Assembly (NCBI GenBank): GCA_036262875.1
Contig: DATAIE010000690.1
Span: 1-25,744, forward strand
Direction of reading: 5' to 3'
DNA from: Verrucomicrobiales bacterium
Lineage (GTDB): Bacteria; Verrucomicrobiota; Verrucomicrobiia; Verrucomicrobiales; V1-33
DNA length: 25,744 nucleotides
Numbering within the stretch: position 1 is the stretch's first letter; every line of letters begins with the position of its first letter. A model generated the notes under the pieces. The model was not told the DNA's origin, searched no databases, and worked only from the letters and a program-made list of their open reading frames with translations. The position numbers were made by a program, and so were the translations under genes. This document shows, in pieces, positions 15,768 to 23,873 of this stretch.

Positions 15768-18137
15768 TTACCGTGGACGGCCGGAGGGCATGGGCGCAGG
15801 CGGCGGAGCCTCCGGGGCTTTCGGGCGGCGGCTGAACAGCCAGCGGAGGCCGCCGCGCTTGGGTGGTTCCGGCGGGGGCGGGGCGGGGCGCACTTCCTCC
15901 ACGGGCTCCGCACGGCGGGGGCGACTGGTGGTCACCTTCGGTCCGTCGTCGTCCTCATTGGAGCCATCCTTGATTTCACCGCGCTTCTTCTTCGCCTTGT
16001 AGATTTCGTTGAACACGTCGCCGACCACCGGAGCGACCTTGCGCCCGCCGGAGATTTCCGTTTCTCCGGGATCGCCTTCGTAGAGACAGGCATAGGCGTA
16101 TTCGGGTTCCTTGTAGGGAATGAAGCCGGCGAACCACGCCACATTCTGTTGAATTTTGACGTGCCACTGGCCGGTGCCGGTTTTGCCGGCGATGGCCACG
16201 TAATTGTTCTCGGCCCGCGATCCGGTGCCGCCGCCGCCGGCCACCACCGCGCGCATCCCGCGCCGCACGGCGTTGAGATTCTCCTTCGACAGTTCGAGCG
16301 GGGGGTGCAGGACGGTGGGGAAATGCTGAATCACTCTGCCGTCCACATCCTGGATCATCTTCACCAGGCGCGGACGGGGGACCGCGTCCCCGCGGGCGAC
16401 CCCGGCCATCATTTGGGCGACCTGCAAAGGCGTGGCCTCCACCTGCCCCTGACCAATGGAGGTATTCGCGAGAATGCCGCCCGTGATAGCGCCGCCGCCC
16501 GGAGCCGTGTAGGGCATGTTGCCGGACGACTCCATTTCCTCCAGGCAGATGCCGGTCTTTTGTCCAAAACCCAGGCGGGTGCCCATGGTGCTTAGCGCGC
16601 TCCCGCCGCAGGCTTTGGCGGCCTGGAAGAACCAGGTGTTGCAGGACCGCATGATGGCACGCTCCACGTCCATCATGCCTTCGTCATGCCGGGAGTGGTT
16701 GTGCATGGCGCGACCGTTGAAATACATGACACTGGGGCAACTGAACTCTGTGTCCGGTCCGACAGCGTCCGTCTCCAGCGCGGCGAGGGCCGTCACCACC
16801 TTGAACGTGGAGGCGGGAGGATAGTGCCCCTGGATGGCGCGGCAGGTCATCACGAGGTCCGGCTCCTTCAACTGCTTTTTCAGAAAATCCTCCCCGACCC
16901 CGTAGACCCAGTCATTGGGATTGATGCAGGGGGTGGAGGCCATCGCGAGGATGTCCCCGGTCTTCACATCGAGGATGATGAAGGCCCCGCGAAAGCCGCG
17001 CTCCTTCAGGTTCCGCTCGGCGATTTTCTGCAACTCGATATCCAGGGTCGTCACGATGGTGCTTCCGGCCCGCGGACGCGCTCTCCACTCTTCGGAAAGC
17101 ATATCGCCTTTGGAATCGAAGAGAGCTTCGTAGTGACCCGGCTCGCCAGTGAGTTCTTTTTCAAAGCGCTTCTCCAGTCCGCTGCGGCCGACCGTGGGGG
17201 GCCACATGGTTTCATCCGCTTCGAGGTCGAGCTTGGAGGGCGTGAAGGGCCCGCTCTTGCCCATGGTGCCGAGAAGGTGGCCGGCGAGAGAATTCTCGGG
17301 ATAGGTGCGGAGGAAGAAAGGACGCAGGATCACTCCCGGAGGAACGGAGTCCTTGAGTTTTACGGCGCGCTCCTCCGGCAGCAGTGCGGAGCACATCAGA
17401 GGCACCCAGCGGCGTTTGTGATAGTGCTGAATGATCTCGGCATCACTCACATCCCAGCCGCCGGGAAGCTGCGCCTGACAAAAGGCCATCGGGCCGCGGG
17501 CGAAGTCGAGGATCTGAACATCGGTGAGGCCCTCTTTCATGGGCAGTTGCACGCCGATGTAGTGCGCCATTTTATTTTGGGCGAGCGGCAAACCGTTGCG
17601 GTCCACAATGAGACCGCGCGGCGCGGGGACGCGCAGGGAAAGCGGCTTGGCGTTAGGGTCGGTCTTGGTGACGAGCGCGGTCTTCGGTTTTTCCGGCTTG
17701 ATCTCATGAGGAGCGACCGGCGGCACCGCCTTCGGCTTGTCGTTAGGCACCGCTTTCACCTCCTTTACCTCCTCCTCTGTGCTTTCTTCGGCCTCCTTTT
17801 TCTTCTTTTTGCCTTTTTTCTTCTCCGCCTCAGCCTCGTGCGCTTTCTCCTCCGCGGTCTTTGACGCCTCCAGCTTCTTCCGCTCATACTCCGCGCGGGC
17901 CTCCTTGTCTCCGGCCCATGGGGCATCCGGGGGCTCATCCTCCATGGGAGGGCCATCCTCCGGCACCACCTCCGCCTTCGGTGCACCTTTGGGATCCGCA
18001 GGCGCCGCAGCGGGCCCGGGCGCTCCCTCCTCCGGCACCGGCTCGGCTTTTGGCGGACGCGTGGCATCCTGCGCGGACAGGGCGGCCATGGCGGCAACAC
18101 TGAGAGCGGCAATCAGGCGGGTGCGGGAAAGAATCAT
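15768..18137 (-). CDS. Class B penicillin-binding protein (MrdA/PBP2-like transpeptidase) with long low-complexity termini
   Basis: Start revised to ATG 18137. PAPRGLIVDRNG, RTYP, VGRSGLEK, and catalytic SxxK (STFK), SxN (SCN) and KTG (GKTGTG). Confidence 0.9.
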   Translation of the reverse strand: MILSRTRLIAALSVAAMAALSAQDATRPPKAEPVPEEGAPGPAAAPADPKGAPKAEVVPEDGPPMEDEPPDAPWAGDKEARAEYERKKLEASKTAEEKAHEAEAEKKKGKKKKKEAEESTEEEVKEVKAVPNDKPKAVPPVAPHEIKPEKPKTALVTKTDPNAKPLSLRVPAPRGLIVDRNGLPLAQNKMAHYIGVQLPMKEGLTDVQILDFARGPMAFCQAQLPGGWDVSDAEIIQHYHKRRWVPLMCSALLPEERAVKLKDSVPPGVILRPFFLRTYPENSLAGHLLGTMGKSGPFTPSKLDLEADETMWPPTVGRSGLEKRFEKELTGEPGHYEALFDSKGDMLSEEWRARPRAGSTIVTTLDIELQKIAERNLKERGFRGAFIILDVKTGDILAMASTPCINPNDWVYGVGEDFLKKQLKEPDLVMTCRAIQGHYPPASTFKVVTALAALETDAVGPDTEFSCPSVMYFNGRAMHNHSRHDEGMMDVERAIMRSCNTWFFQAAKACGGSALSTMGTRLGFGQKTGICLEEMESSGNMPYTAPGGGAITGGILANTSIGQGQVEATPLQVAQMMAGVARGDAVPRPRLVKMIQDVDGRVIQHFPTVLHPPLELSKENLNAVRRGMRAVVAGGGGTGSRAENNYVAIAGKTGTGQWHVKIQQNVAWFAGFIPYKEPEYAYACLYEGDPGETEISGGRKVAPVVGDVFNEIYKAKKKRGEIKDGSNEDDDGPKVTTSRPRRAEPVEEVRPAPPPPEPPKRGGLRWLFSRRPKAPEAPPPAPMPSGRPR

Positions 18138-18227
18138 ATGGGACGGGTTAAGCGCCGTTATGCTAAAACACCTGCACCAGCGACGCCAGCGCGTTGTTGC
18201 TGCGGCGGATGCGGCGGAGTCCGGCAC

Positions 18228-18255
18228 TTGACGGGAGAATCGTCCCCCGGATGCT
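18228..18255 (+). promoter_or_regulatory. Putative sigma70 promoter for the Dabb gene
   Basis: TTGACG-N16-GATGCT, 9 nt before ATG 18265. Confidence 0.45.
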
Positions 18256-18264
18256 GGCCCTGTT

Positions 18265-18681
18265 ATGAAACGAATCACCCTCGCCGTTGTCGCCGCCGCC
18301 TCTCTTTCCACCGCGCTTTTGATGCAGGCGCCGAGTGCCATCGCCCAGGACAAAACACCCGCCAAAGTGAAAGCCGCTCCCTACAAGCACATCGTTCTCC
18401 TGAAATTCAAAGACGATGCCTCCGCCGACAAGGTGAAGGCCGTGGTCGAGGCGTTCAAAGCGCTGAAGACAAAAATACCGGCGGTGCAGTCGCTCGAATG
18501 GGGCACGAACATCAGTCCTGAAAAACTCAATCAGGGCTTCACCCACTGCTTCACACTGAGTTTTGAAAACAAGGAAGCGGTGGAAAAACACTATCTCCAC
18601 GAGCCGGCACACAAGGAGTTCGGAGCGATGCTCGGACCGGTGCTCGACAAGGTGCTGGTAGTCGACTTCCTGGCTGAATGA
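18265..18681 (+). CDS. Exported Dabb-family (stress-responsive alpha/beta barrel) protein
   Basis: Signal peptide; KHIVLLKFK, EWGTNISPE...GFTHCFTLSF, YLHEPAH, LVVDF. Confidence 0.9.
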   Translation: MKRITLAVVAAASLSTALLMQAPSAIAQDKTPAKVKAAPYKHIVLLKFKDDASADKVKAVVEAFKALKTKIPAVQSLEWGTNISPEKLNQGFTHCFTLSFENKEAVEKHYLHEPAHKEFGAMLGPVLDKVLVVDFLAE

Positions 18682-18752
18682 GCGAACGGCACGATCACTG
18701 CAAAAAACGCGACCCCTGACCCGCAGTTTTAATCCTTCATTCTTCACCCCCA

Positions 18753-19544
18753 ATGAAAACCATCCTTCGCTCTCTGTTCCTTACCGTCTGCCTGCTTTCG
18801 CCAGTCTCCTCACCGGCGGGCGAGATCGCGACCAAAGCCGTCGAATACAAGCAGGCCGACACCACGCTGGAGGGATATCTCGCGGTGCCCAAAGAGGTGA
18901 GCGGCAAAGTGCCGGCCATCCTGCTCATCCACGACTGGATGGGGGTGGGGACCTATGCCAAAGAGCGTGCGAACGAGTTGGCCGGACTCGGCTATGTGGT
19001 GCTGGCAGCGGACATCTACGGAAAAGGCGTGCGGCCGGACGGGCCTCCCGGTGCGGCGAAGCTGGCGGGGCAGTATAAAGGCGACCGCGCCCTCTACCGG
19101 AAACGCCTGCTGGCAGGCCTGGAGCAATTGAAATCGAATCCGAACGTGGATGCCTCAAAGGTGGCGGCGATCGGCTATTGTTTTGGCGGCACGGGGGTGC
19201 TGGAACTCGCCCGCGCCGGAGCCGATGTAAAAGGAGTGGTTTCCTTCCACGGTGGACTGGATTCTCCCACGCCGGCGGACGGGAAGAACATCAAGGCGCG
19301 GGTGCTCATTCTCCATGGGGCGGATGATCCGAATGTTCCGGCCGCGGGCATTGCGGCCATGACGAAGGAATTCAATGACGCCGGCGTGGACTGGCAGATG
19401 ATCTCCTACAGCGGCGCGGTGCACTCTTTCAGCAATCCCCACGCGGGCACGGATAAGAGCAAGGGGAATGCGTATGATGAGAAGACCGATAAGCGTTCCT
19501 GGGAACACATGATGGTGTTCTTCAAGGAGTTGTTTGGGAAGTGA
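18753..19544 (+). CDS. Exported dienelactone hydrolase family protein
   Basis: Signal peptide; IHDWMG, nucleophile GYCFGG, SFHG, HGADD, YSGAVHSF. Confidence 0.92.
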   Translation: MKTILRSLFLTVCLLSPVSSPAGEIATKAVEYKQADTTLEGYLAVPKEVSGKVPAILLIHDWMGVGTYAKERANELAGLGYVVLAADIYGKGVRPDGPPGAAKLAGQYKGDRALYRKRLLAGLEQLKSNPNVDASKVAAIGYCFGGTGVLELARAGADVKGVVSFHGGLDSPTPADGKNIKARVLILHGADDPNVPAAGIAAMTKEFNDAGVDWQMISYSGAVHSFSNPHAGTDKSKGNAYDEKTDKRSWEHMMVFFKELFGK

Positions 19545-19576
19545 GGGAGAAGGAAGAAGAGGCTTGGGCAATGGCA

Positions 19577-19620
19577 TCCGGCGGGACGCCGGACGGGACA
19601 GGCGGGACGCCTGTGCTCCC
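19577..19620. repeat. Tandem pair of REP-like palindromes with GGA loops
   Basis: TCCGGCG-GGA-CGCCGGA (19577-19593) and ACAGGCG-GGA-CGCCTGT (19598-19614) followed by GCTCCC, between convergent genes. Confidence 0.65.
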
Positions 19621-19631
19621 CTGAAGCGATC

Positions 19632-22283
19632 TTAACGGCCGCGTTTGCTTTCGCGGTCGGCAGCCTCTTTGGCGGCACGCTCGGACTGGCGGCGTGATTC
19701 CTCGGCCTGACGGCGATTGGCCTCTTCCGCCTGGCGGCGGTTTTGCTCTTCAGCCTGACGACGATTGGCTTCCTCGGCTTGACGGCGCTCCTGCTGTTCA
19801 CGGGCGCGGTCTTCGGCCTGGCGGCGCATGTTTTCCTGACGGTTTTGTTCCTCCGCTTGGCGGCGCTGATTTTCCATCGCTTCACGCTGACGGGCGGCCT
19901 GTTCCTGAGCCTGACGCTGCATGGCCTCACGCTGCTGTTGTTGCGCCATCGCCTCACGCTGTTGCGCAGCAGCAGCCTGGTCACGGGCCTGGCGATCCGC
20001 TCTGGCCTGCTCCTCGGCCTGGCGGCGCTGCTGTTCGAGGGCGGCGCGCTGCGCGGCGATCTGAGCTTTGGCCTGTTCGTTGGCGGCTTCCTGCTGACGG
20101 CGGCGAGTGTCCTCGAGCGCGGCACGCTCGGCCTTTTGCTTGTCCGCCTCGCGGGAAGCGGCGTCGGCAGCACGGCGCTGGTCCTCAAGGGCGGTCCGCT
20201 GACGGGCGATCTGTTCCTTCGTGGCCTTGTTTTGCGCCTCCTCCGTCTCGCGGCGTTGATTTTCCAGAGCGGCGCGCTCGGCCATCTGCCGGCTCTTATC
20301 GCGGGCGGCGGTGTCAGAAGCGCGGCGCTGCTGCTCCAAATCATCGCGCTGTTTTGCCAACTGCTCTTTAGCGAATTTGTTCTCCGCGTCCTGCTGCCGG
20401 CGACGCTGATCCTCGGCGGCGGCACGGTCCGCGGTTTGCTTTTCAAGATCGCGGTTTGCGGCATCGGCAGCCCGGCGCTGCTCTTCGAGAGCCGTGCGCT
20501 GGCGGGCGATCTGCTCTTTCGTCCGGCTGTCGTTGTCCTCACGGATACGGGCGGCGGGATCCGTGTTCCGCGTCTTTGGATTGTTGTCCGCGGTGACGGC
20601 AGGCGGTTGCGGACGGGTTTTGGCGGAGGCTTCGCGGTCGGCACGGAGTTTGGCCAACTGCTGTTTACGCGCTTCCAGGTCGGCGCGTGTTTCGGCGAGA
20701 CGGGCCTGTTCTTTGTTGTCCGCGGTCGCCGGGTTTCCTTGAGGACCCGGTGTCCTGTCATTTCGAATCTCCGGCTGTTTGGAGTCCGGGAGCTTTGAAT
20801 TCCGCTGGGCGCGCAGCTTTTCCAACTGCTCCTTCGCCTCTGCAAGGTTCGCGCTGTCCTGACGGTTAGGGCGTACGGTGTCGCCGCCGGTCTGCCGTCC
20901 CGGACGGATGCGGGAATCGCTGCGGTCCGGGATCTGGCCGGCGGGGCCGGAAACTCCGGCAGTGCGGTCCCGGCGGGTGAGTTCAATGGACTCGCGGGTC
21001 TTTTCCAGCGTCGCGAGTTTCCTTTGATGCTCGACGATCTTCTGCCCCACTCCCTTCAGGTTATCCGCTTCCCGGTCACGCTGCCGGCGCTCCTGCTGAA
21101 AGCGGCTCATCAGTTTGTCAGGCAGACTTTCGCTGCGGCGAATCACCTCCGCACCGGCGAGGTTCGCTTTCGTGCGGGCAGGCCGCAGGGCGACATTCCA
21201 CGGGGCATAGACTTTGGGCGCGAAGCAGTGGAGCCGGTCCTTGTCGATCAAAGGAGAGCGGCGGCGGTCCGGACGGTTTGACTCGCAGGCAAGAGTGTAG
21301 CGGGGCATCGGATGCCGGACGCACTGGGAAATCCAGTCATACTGCGGGCCGCCGCATTCCACCCGGTGCCGGCGGATGATCAGGTTGGTAATGTTGATAC
21401 TGGTGTTGTAAATAGTGAGACACACCGAAGGCATCTCGCAGTAGGAGTAGACCGGCTGATCGAAATAGCGCACCGGCATGAACACATAACCGCCAGGGTA
21501 AATGCCGCAGTCTTCGTCCACGGAGGAGCCATAGGAGATGTCGCTGTCGTAGACCGTTTCCGGCGGCAGCGGACACCAGCCGATGTATTTGTCCGTCTTG
21601 CGCCAGCAAACCCAGGCCGGCGCCCATTGATCGCCGGGAATCCACACCCAGCCGCGGCCTTTCACTTTGGCCCACCGGCCGTAGTGATAGCAGGCCCAGC
21701 CGAAGGGTTCATCCGAACACCACGTCCAGCCCTGGTCCGCGCTGGCCCAGCGGCCCTTCGTATAAGGACGCCACGAATTGTCGGAGATGGCGATGGAGGG
21801 CTGCCAGACATAACCGTAATCCGGCGATTCATACCACGAACCGAGGGGATCGAGATCGTCGTAAAACGTTTGATAGTCACCGGCATTCGCCACCGGAGAG
21901 GAAGTGTCCACAGGAGGAGCCTCACGGGCAGGTGTCTCCGCGGCGGCTTTGGCATCGGCCAACTGCTGCTCAAGAGCCCACGCCTCGCGCTCCTTTTGGA
22001 GAAGTTCCTGCTCTTTGGCGATCTCCGCGTCAGCGGCAGCCAGCCGTTCATCCTCCATCTGCTGCTGCAGCGCCAGTTCCCGGGCTTCCAGTTCCTGGAC
22101 CTGGGAGGCGAGTTTCTTTTCCGCCTCCGAAGGCTCCGCGGCCACGGGTTCCGCCGCAGGTTCTGCGGGCGTCTCCGCCTGCCCGTCTTTCGCAGGCGCC
22201 TGCGCGCTCAATTCAGGCTTGTCGCAGGACGTGAGTACAAGGCTGGCCGAAGCCGCCAGGGCGGAAAGAAGTCGGGTTTTCAT
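19632..22283 (-). CDS. DUF6600-like Trp/Gly-rich lipoprotein with a long Q/R/E/A coiled-coil repeat tail (883 aa)
   Basis: Lipobox LVLTSC; FYDDLDPLGSW..YGYVWQP, WRPYTKGRW, FGWACYHYGRW, WAPAWV.WR, IGWCPLPP; tail with EQIARQRTALEEQRR-type repeats. Confidence 0.85.
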   Translation of the reverse strand: MKTRLLSALAASASLVLTSCDKPELSAQAPAKDGQAETPAEPAAEPVAAEPSEAEKKLASQVQELEARELALQQQMEDERLAAADAEIAKEQELLQKEREAWALEQQLADAKAAAETPAREAPPVDTSSPVANAGDYQTFYDDLDPLGSWYESPDYGYVWQPSIAISDNSWRPYTKGRWASADQGWTWCSDEPFGWACYHYGRWAKVKGRGWVWIPGDQWAPAWVCWRKTDKYIGWCPLPPETVYDSDISYGSSVDEDCGIYPGGYVFMPVRYFDQPVYSYCEMPSVCLTIYNTSINITNLIIRRHRVECGGPQYDWISQCVRHPMPRYTLACESNRPDRRRSPLIDKDRLHCFAPKVYAPWNVALRPARTKANLAGAEVIRRSESLPDKLMSRFQQERRQRDREADNLKGVGQKIVEHQRKLATLEKTRESIELTRRDRTAGVSGPAGQIPDRSDSRIRPGRQTGGDTVRPNRQDSANLAEAKEQLEKLRAQRNSKLPDSKQPEIRNDRTPGPQGNPATADNKEQARLAETRADLEARKQQLAKLRADREASAKTRPQPPAVTADNNPKTRNTDPAARIREDNDSRTKEQIARQRTALEEQRRAADAANRDLEKQTADRAAAEDQRRRQQDAENKFAKEQLAKQRDDLEQQRRASDTAARDKSRQMAERAALENQRRETEEAQNKATKEQIARQRTALEDQRRAADAASREADKQKAERAALEDTRRRQQEAANEQAKAQIAAQRAALEQQRRQAEEQARADRQARDQAAAAQQREAMAQQQQREAMQRQAQEQAARQREAMENQRRQAEEQNRQENMRRQAEDRAREQQERRQAEEANRRQAEEQNRRQAEEANRRQAEESRRQSERAAKEAADRESKRGR
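19698..19793 (-). repeat. Coding tandem repeat, 4 x 24 nt (RRQAEE[A/Q]N-type units)
   Basis: Four imperfect 24-nt units, e.g. TTCCTCGGCCTGACGGCGATTGGC and CTCTTCAGCCTGACGACGATTGGC on the + strand, inside the DUF6600-like gene. Confidence 0.8.
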
Positions 22284-22423
22284 GGGGAACTGCAGTGAAA
22301 GTTGAGGGTCAGACCGGCGGTAGGACGCAGGGTCTGGCTGAACTATTCACTTCTTTTTCCCAACACGGCAAAATTTTTCAGGTCCCGCCCAGGGGTGCCC
22401 GTGCCGTCCCGAAGAGGCTGCCT

Positions 22424-22972
22424 TTACTTCTTCGCCGGAGCCGGTGTGGTCCCGAGGCTGGCCACGGCTTTCATCACGATGTCCAGATGGGTTTCCGCGG
22501 AAACATTGGGGTCAAACCATGCGATTTTGCCGTCCTTGATGAGGTAGGACTGACGGTTGGCGAAACCGATCCGTTTCGTCGAAACGCCAAACGCCTTGAC
22601 CACCGCTCCGTCCGCATCGGCGAGGAGGGTAAACGGAAGCTTGTACTTTTCCTTGAAGGCTTTTTGGGCTTCCGGCTTGTCCATGCTCACGCCGATCACG
22701 GTGACGCCGAGCTTTTGCACGTCCTCCCATTTGTCGCGGATGGCGCAGGCTTCCTTGGTGCAGCCGGGGGTATCGGCCTTGGGATAGAAGTAGACGAGCG
22801 TGATGCCCTTCTTGAAGATTTCCTCCAGATTCACGGCTTTACCGTTCTCATCCACCGCAGCCACCGACGGAGCGCTGGCCCCGAGCGGAAGCGGGTCCGC
22901 CTTCGTGGTCGAAAGGAGAAACGCGACCACGAGGCCGACGCAAAGAGTGATTCCAACGAGAACTCGGAGCAT
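22424..22972 (-). CDS. bcp: Peroxiredoxin BCP/PrxQ with an N-terminal signal or anchor
   Basis: VYFYPKADTPGCTKEAC (peroxidatic PxxxTxxC plus resolving Cys), VIGVSMD, YKLPFTLLAD; hydrophobic N-terminus. Confidence 0.92.
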   Translation of the reverse strand: MLRVLVGITLCVGLVVAFLLSTTKADPLPLGASAPSVAAVDENGKAVNLEEIFKKGITLVYFYPKADTPGCTKEACAIRDKWEDVQKLGVTVIGVSMDKPEAQKAFKEKYKLPFTLLADADGAVVKAFGVSTKRIGFANRQSYLIKDGKIAWFDPNVSAETHLDIVMKAVASLGTTPAPAKK

Positions 22973-23172
22973 GGGAAAGGTGATAGTTAAGAAACCTGAA
23001 GGATTGAATAGATGGCCGCAATCATGGTTTTTACAAGGAGATTTCCCTCATTTCTGGCGGGCTCCTGCAAGGCTGGTCGAGGTAGCAGCTTCCAAACCGG
23101 GGAGCACCAAAACCGCAACCGGGTTTTCGCAATTTTGGGAAGATCGGAAATGTTTCGTGCTGAGGAAATGAC

Positions 23173-23511
23173 TCACGGTTCCCCAAAGCGTGAGGCAGGG
23201 GGAGCGGGCTTCCGGTCACAAAATACGGCCCACAGCAGCAGGACCAGCGGCACCACGCCGGCGATTGAGAACACCATGCTGGCCCACTGAGAAGCCTCAA
23301 ATATAGGCATCTTGAAGGTCGACTCCACGAATTTTGCCGCGTCGTTAAAGTTCCGGTAGGCGAACAACTGGCACGTCTGTGAAAGCGCGGCACCAATGAG
23401 AAGGAGAGCCGTTTTTCGCCGGCGTTTGAGGCCAATCAGTCCGAGGGCGAGAGCCACAATCGGTCCGGCAAAACAGGTCAAAACCATCCACCCGGGTAAA
23501 AAATAACTCAT
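23173..23511 (-). CDS. Small 3-TM membrane protein (112 aa)
   Basis: Three hydrophobic segments with a basic KRRRK after TM1; its start overlaps the upstream stop (ATGA at 23508-23511). Confidence 0.7.
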   Translation of the reverse strand: MSYFLPGWMVLTCFAGPIVALALGLIGLKRRRKTALLLIGAALSQTCQLFAYRNFNDAAKFVESTFKMPIFEASQWASMVFSIAGVVPLVLLLWAVFCDRKPAPPASRFGEP

Positions 23512-23873
23512 AGAGCGTCCTCCTCCGTGGATATTGGTACCGTTCGGTGCCGGGCCAAAACCGCCGCTATGGCCAGCATTACAAAAGCTGCGACGTAGGG
23601 AAGCCCTCGAAGCCAGATGTCTATCTGCCGCTCCTCCATGGTCATATCCCGAAACCGGTTCGCAAATTCAGGCTGCGTGTGTTCCCACAACAACAGGGTG
23701 GAGCGGACTAACAAACCAGCCGTCACGAGGATCACGATCAAAGAAACCAGCGGGTGCCGCCGCCACGTCCAAATGCCCAGGATCAATCCGCCAAGGTAAA
23801 CGGCCCCATACACGGCCCAGGGCACAAGCATCGTCCATGGCAAGTCAAAGACAGAGGTGACAGCGGGCGACAT
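23508..23873 (-). CDS. Small 3-TM membrane protein (about 121 aa), probable paralog of the downstream gene
   Basis: Start uncertain (ATG 23885, 23873 or 23831). Segments WAVYGAVYLGGLILGIW-TWRRHP-LVSLIVILVTAGLLV and LPYVAAFVMLAIAAVLARHR. Confidence 0.7.
   Translation of the reverse strand: MSPAVTSVFDLPWTMLVPWAVYGAVYLGGLILGIWTWRRHPLVSLIVILVTAGLLVRSTLLLWEHTQPEFANRFRDMTMEERQIDIWLRGLPYVAAFVMLAIAAVLARHRTVPISTEEDAL

Noticed and set aside
5439-18365. Longest-ORF starts from the track (5439, 5644, 8279, 8305, 9746, 13145, 18365; likewise 3556 and 24032 outside this span)
   Set aside because: The extensions are non-protein-like, overlap neighbouring genes or promoters, or precede clear signal peptides; downstream ATGs were used instead.
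19698-20520. Regularly spaced DNA repeats as a possible CRISPR array
   Set aside because: The repeats are in-frame, degenerate at third positions, lack unique spacers and have no cas genes nearby; they are coding repeats.
19743-20798. Very hydrophobic Leu-rich + strand ORF resembling a multi-pass membrane protein
   Set aside because: It is the antisense read of the Q/E/K/R-rich coiled-coil codons of the DUF6600-like gene (CAG/GAG/AAG reverse to CTG/CTC/CTT).
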